Shown here: in pieces, positions 63,518-64,000 of the stretch
Numbering within the stretch: the first letter of the stretch is position 1
How the letters are laid out: each line of letters starts with the position of its first letter
NCBI RefSeq assembly: GCF_030684315.1
Contig: NC_081356.1
Span: 90,566,835-90,630,834 of the forward strand
DNA from: Stegostoma tigrinum
Lineage: Eukaryota
Reading direction: 5' to 3'
DNA length: 64,000 nucleotides
The notes under the pieces: generated by a model
The model's input: the letters and a program-made list of their open reading frames with translations, nothing else
Told to the model about the DNA's origin: nothing
Database searches by the model: none
Made by a program: the position numbers and the translations under genes

Positions 63518-64000
63518 GATGGTACTGAATGGCAAAGCAGGTTCAAGCGGCTGAATTGCCTACTCCTGTTCTTAGTTCTTATGTTCTTATGTTAGAGGGG
63601 CAATACTGTATAAGACAGTTAATACATGATGGATCAACAAAATTCACAAGATAAGCTCTGTCTTTTAGGATGTTTAAGATTGTTCCTGAGGGGACCTAAC
63701 CAGATCTCTGTAGGTCCTCTTACAGTTCTCCATGTGTTCACCAGAGTTGCAGAGGGTTCTCAAGTGATTGTCCTCAGTGTTAATAGCATTTAGATAAAAT
63801 AGAATTGTATATTTACTCTTACATTGAGCTGATATCTCAAAAAAGACAATCATGTGTTAGATGTAATATATCTAGCTGCTAAGTAATAAGCAATAACTTT
63901 TTTTGTTTAATCATATCAAATTAGAGCCTGTTTTCTGTACACAGCATTACATAGTCATCCTTACCAGCATGTAACCAGTTAACATCAGCAAGGTCAGCTT

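Noticed and set aside
63688-63721. Hairpin GAGGGGACCTA...TAGGTCCTCT
   Set aside because: It is too short for a pre-miRNA, isolated, and contains no recognisable mature sequence.
1-64000. The many 60-170 aa ORFs as novel genes
   Set aside because: Most are alternative or antisense frames of repeats, or chance ORFs (often with GTG/TTG starts) in eukaryotic non-coding DNA.
1-64000. CRISPR array, operon or prokaryotic RT system
   Set aside because: There is no regular repeat-spacer array or gene-dense organisation. The RTs are eukaryotic retrotransposon types.

Overview
This is eukaryotic, AT-rich, repeat-dense DNA, very probably from a cartilaginous fish (shark), judged from HE1-like V-SINEs, DeuSINE/SacSINE1-like SINEs, CR1/HER1-type LINE tails and abundant Penelope-like elements (PLEs). 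No intact protein-coding ORF is present. The recognisable ORFs are decayed transposon fragments: PLE RT and GIY-YIG, CR1, L2 and RTE RT, Gypsy gag and a Harbinger transposase. A repeat-free block at about 4.9-7.5 kb looks like the terminal exon and 3'UTR of an unidentified minus-strand gene. Several candidate microexons lie upstream of it, so most of the window is probably intronic. The most notable system is a set of about 15 PLE insertions from about 4 families. They carry minimal hammerhead-ribozyme-like cores, two families share a 3' RNA fold, and many occur as TSD-flanked asymmetric fold-back elements. Repeat boundaries were set by eye and are approximate, and no database searches were run.
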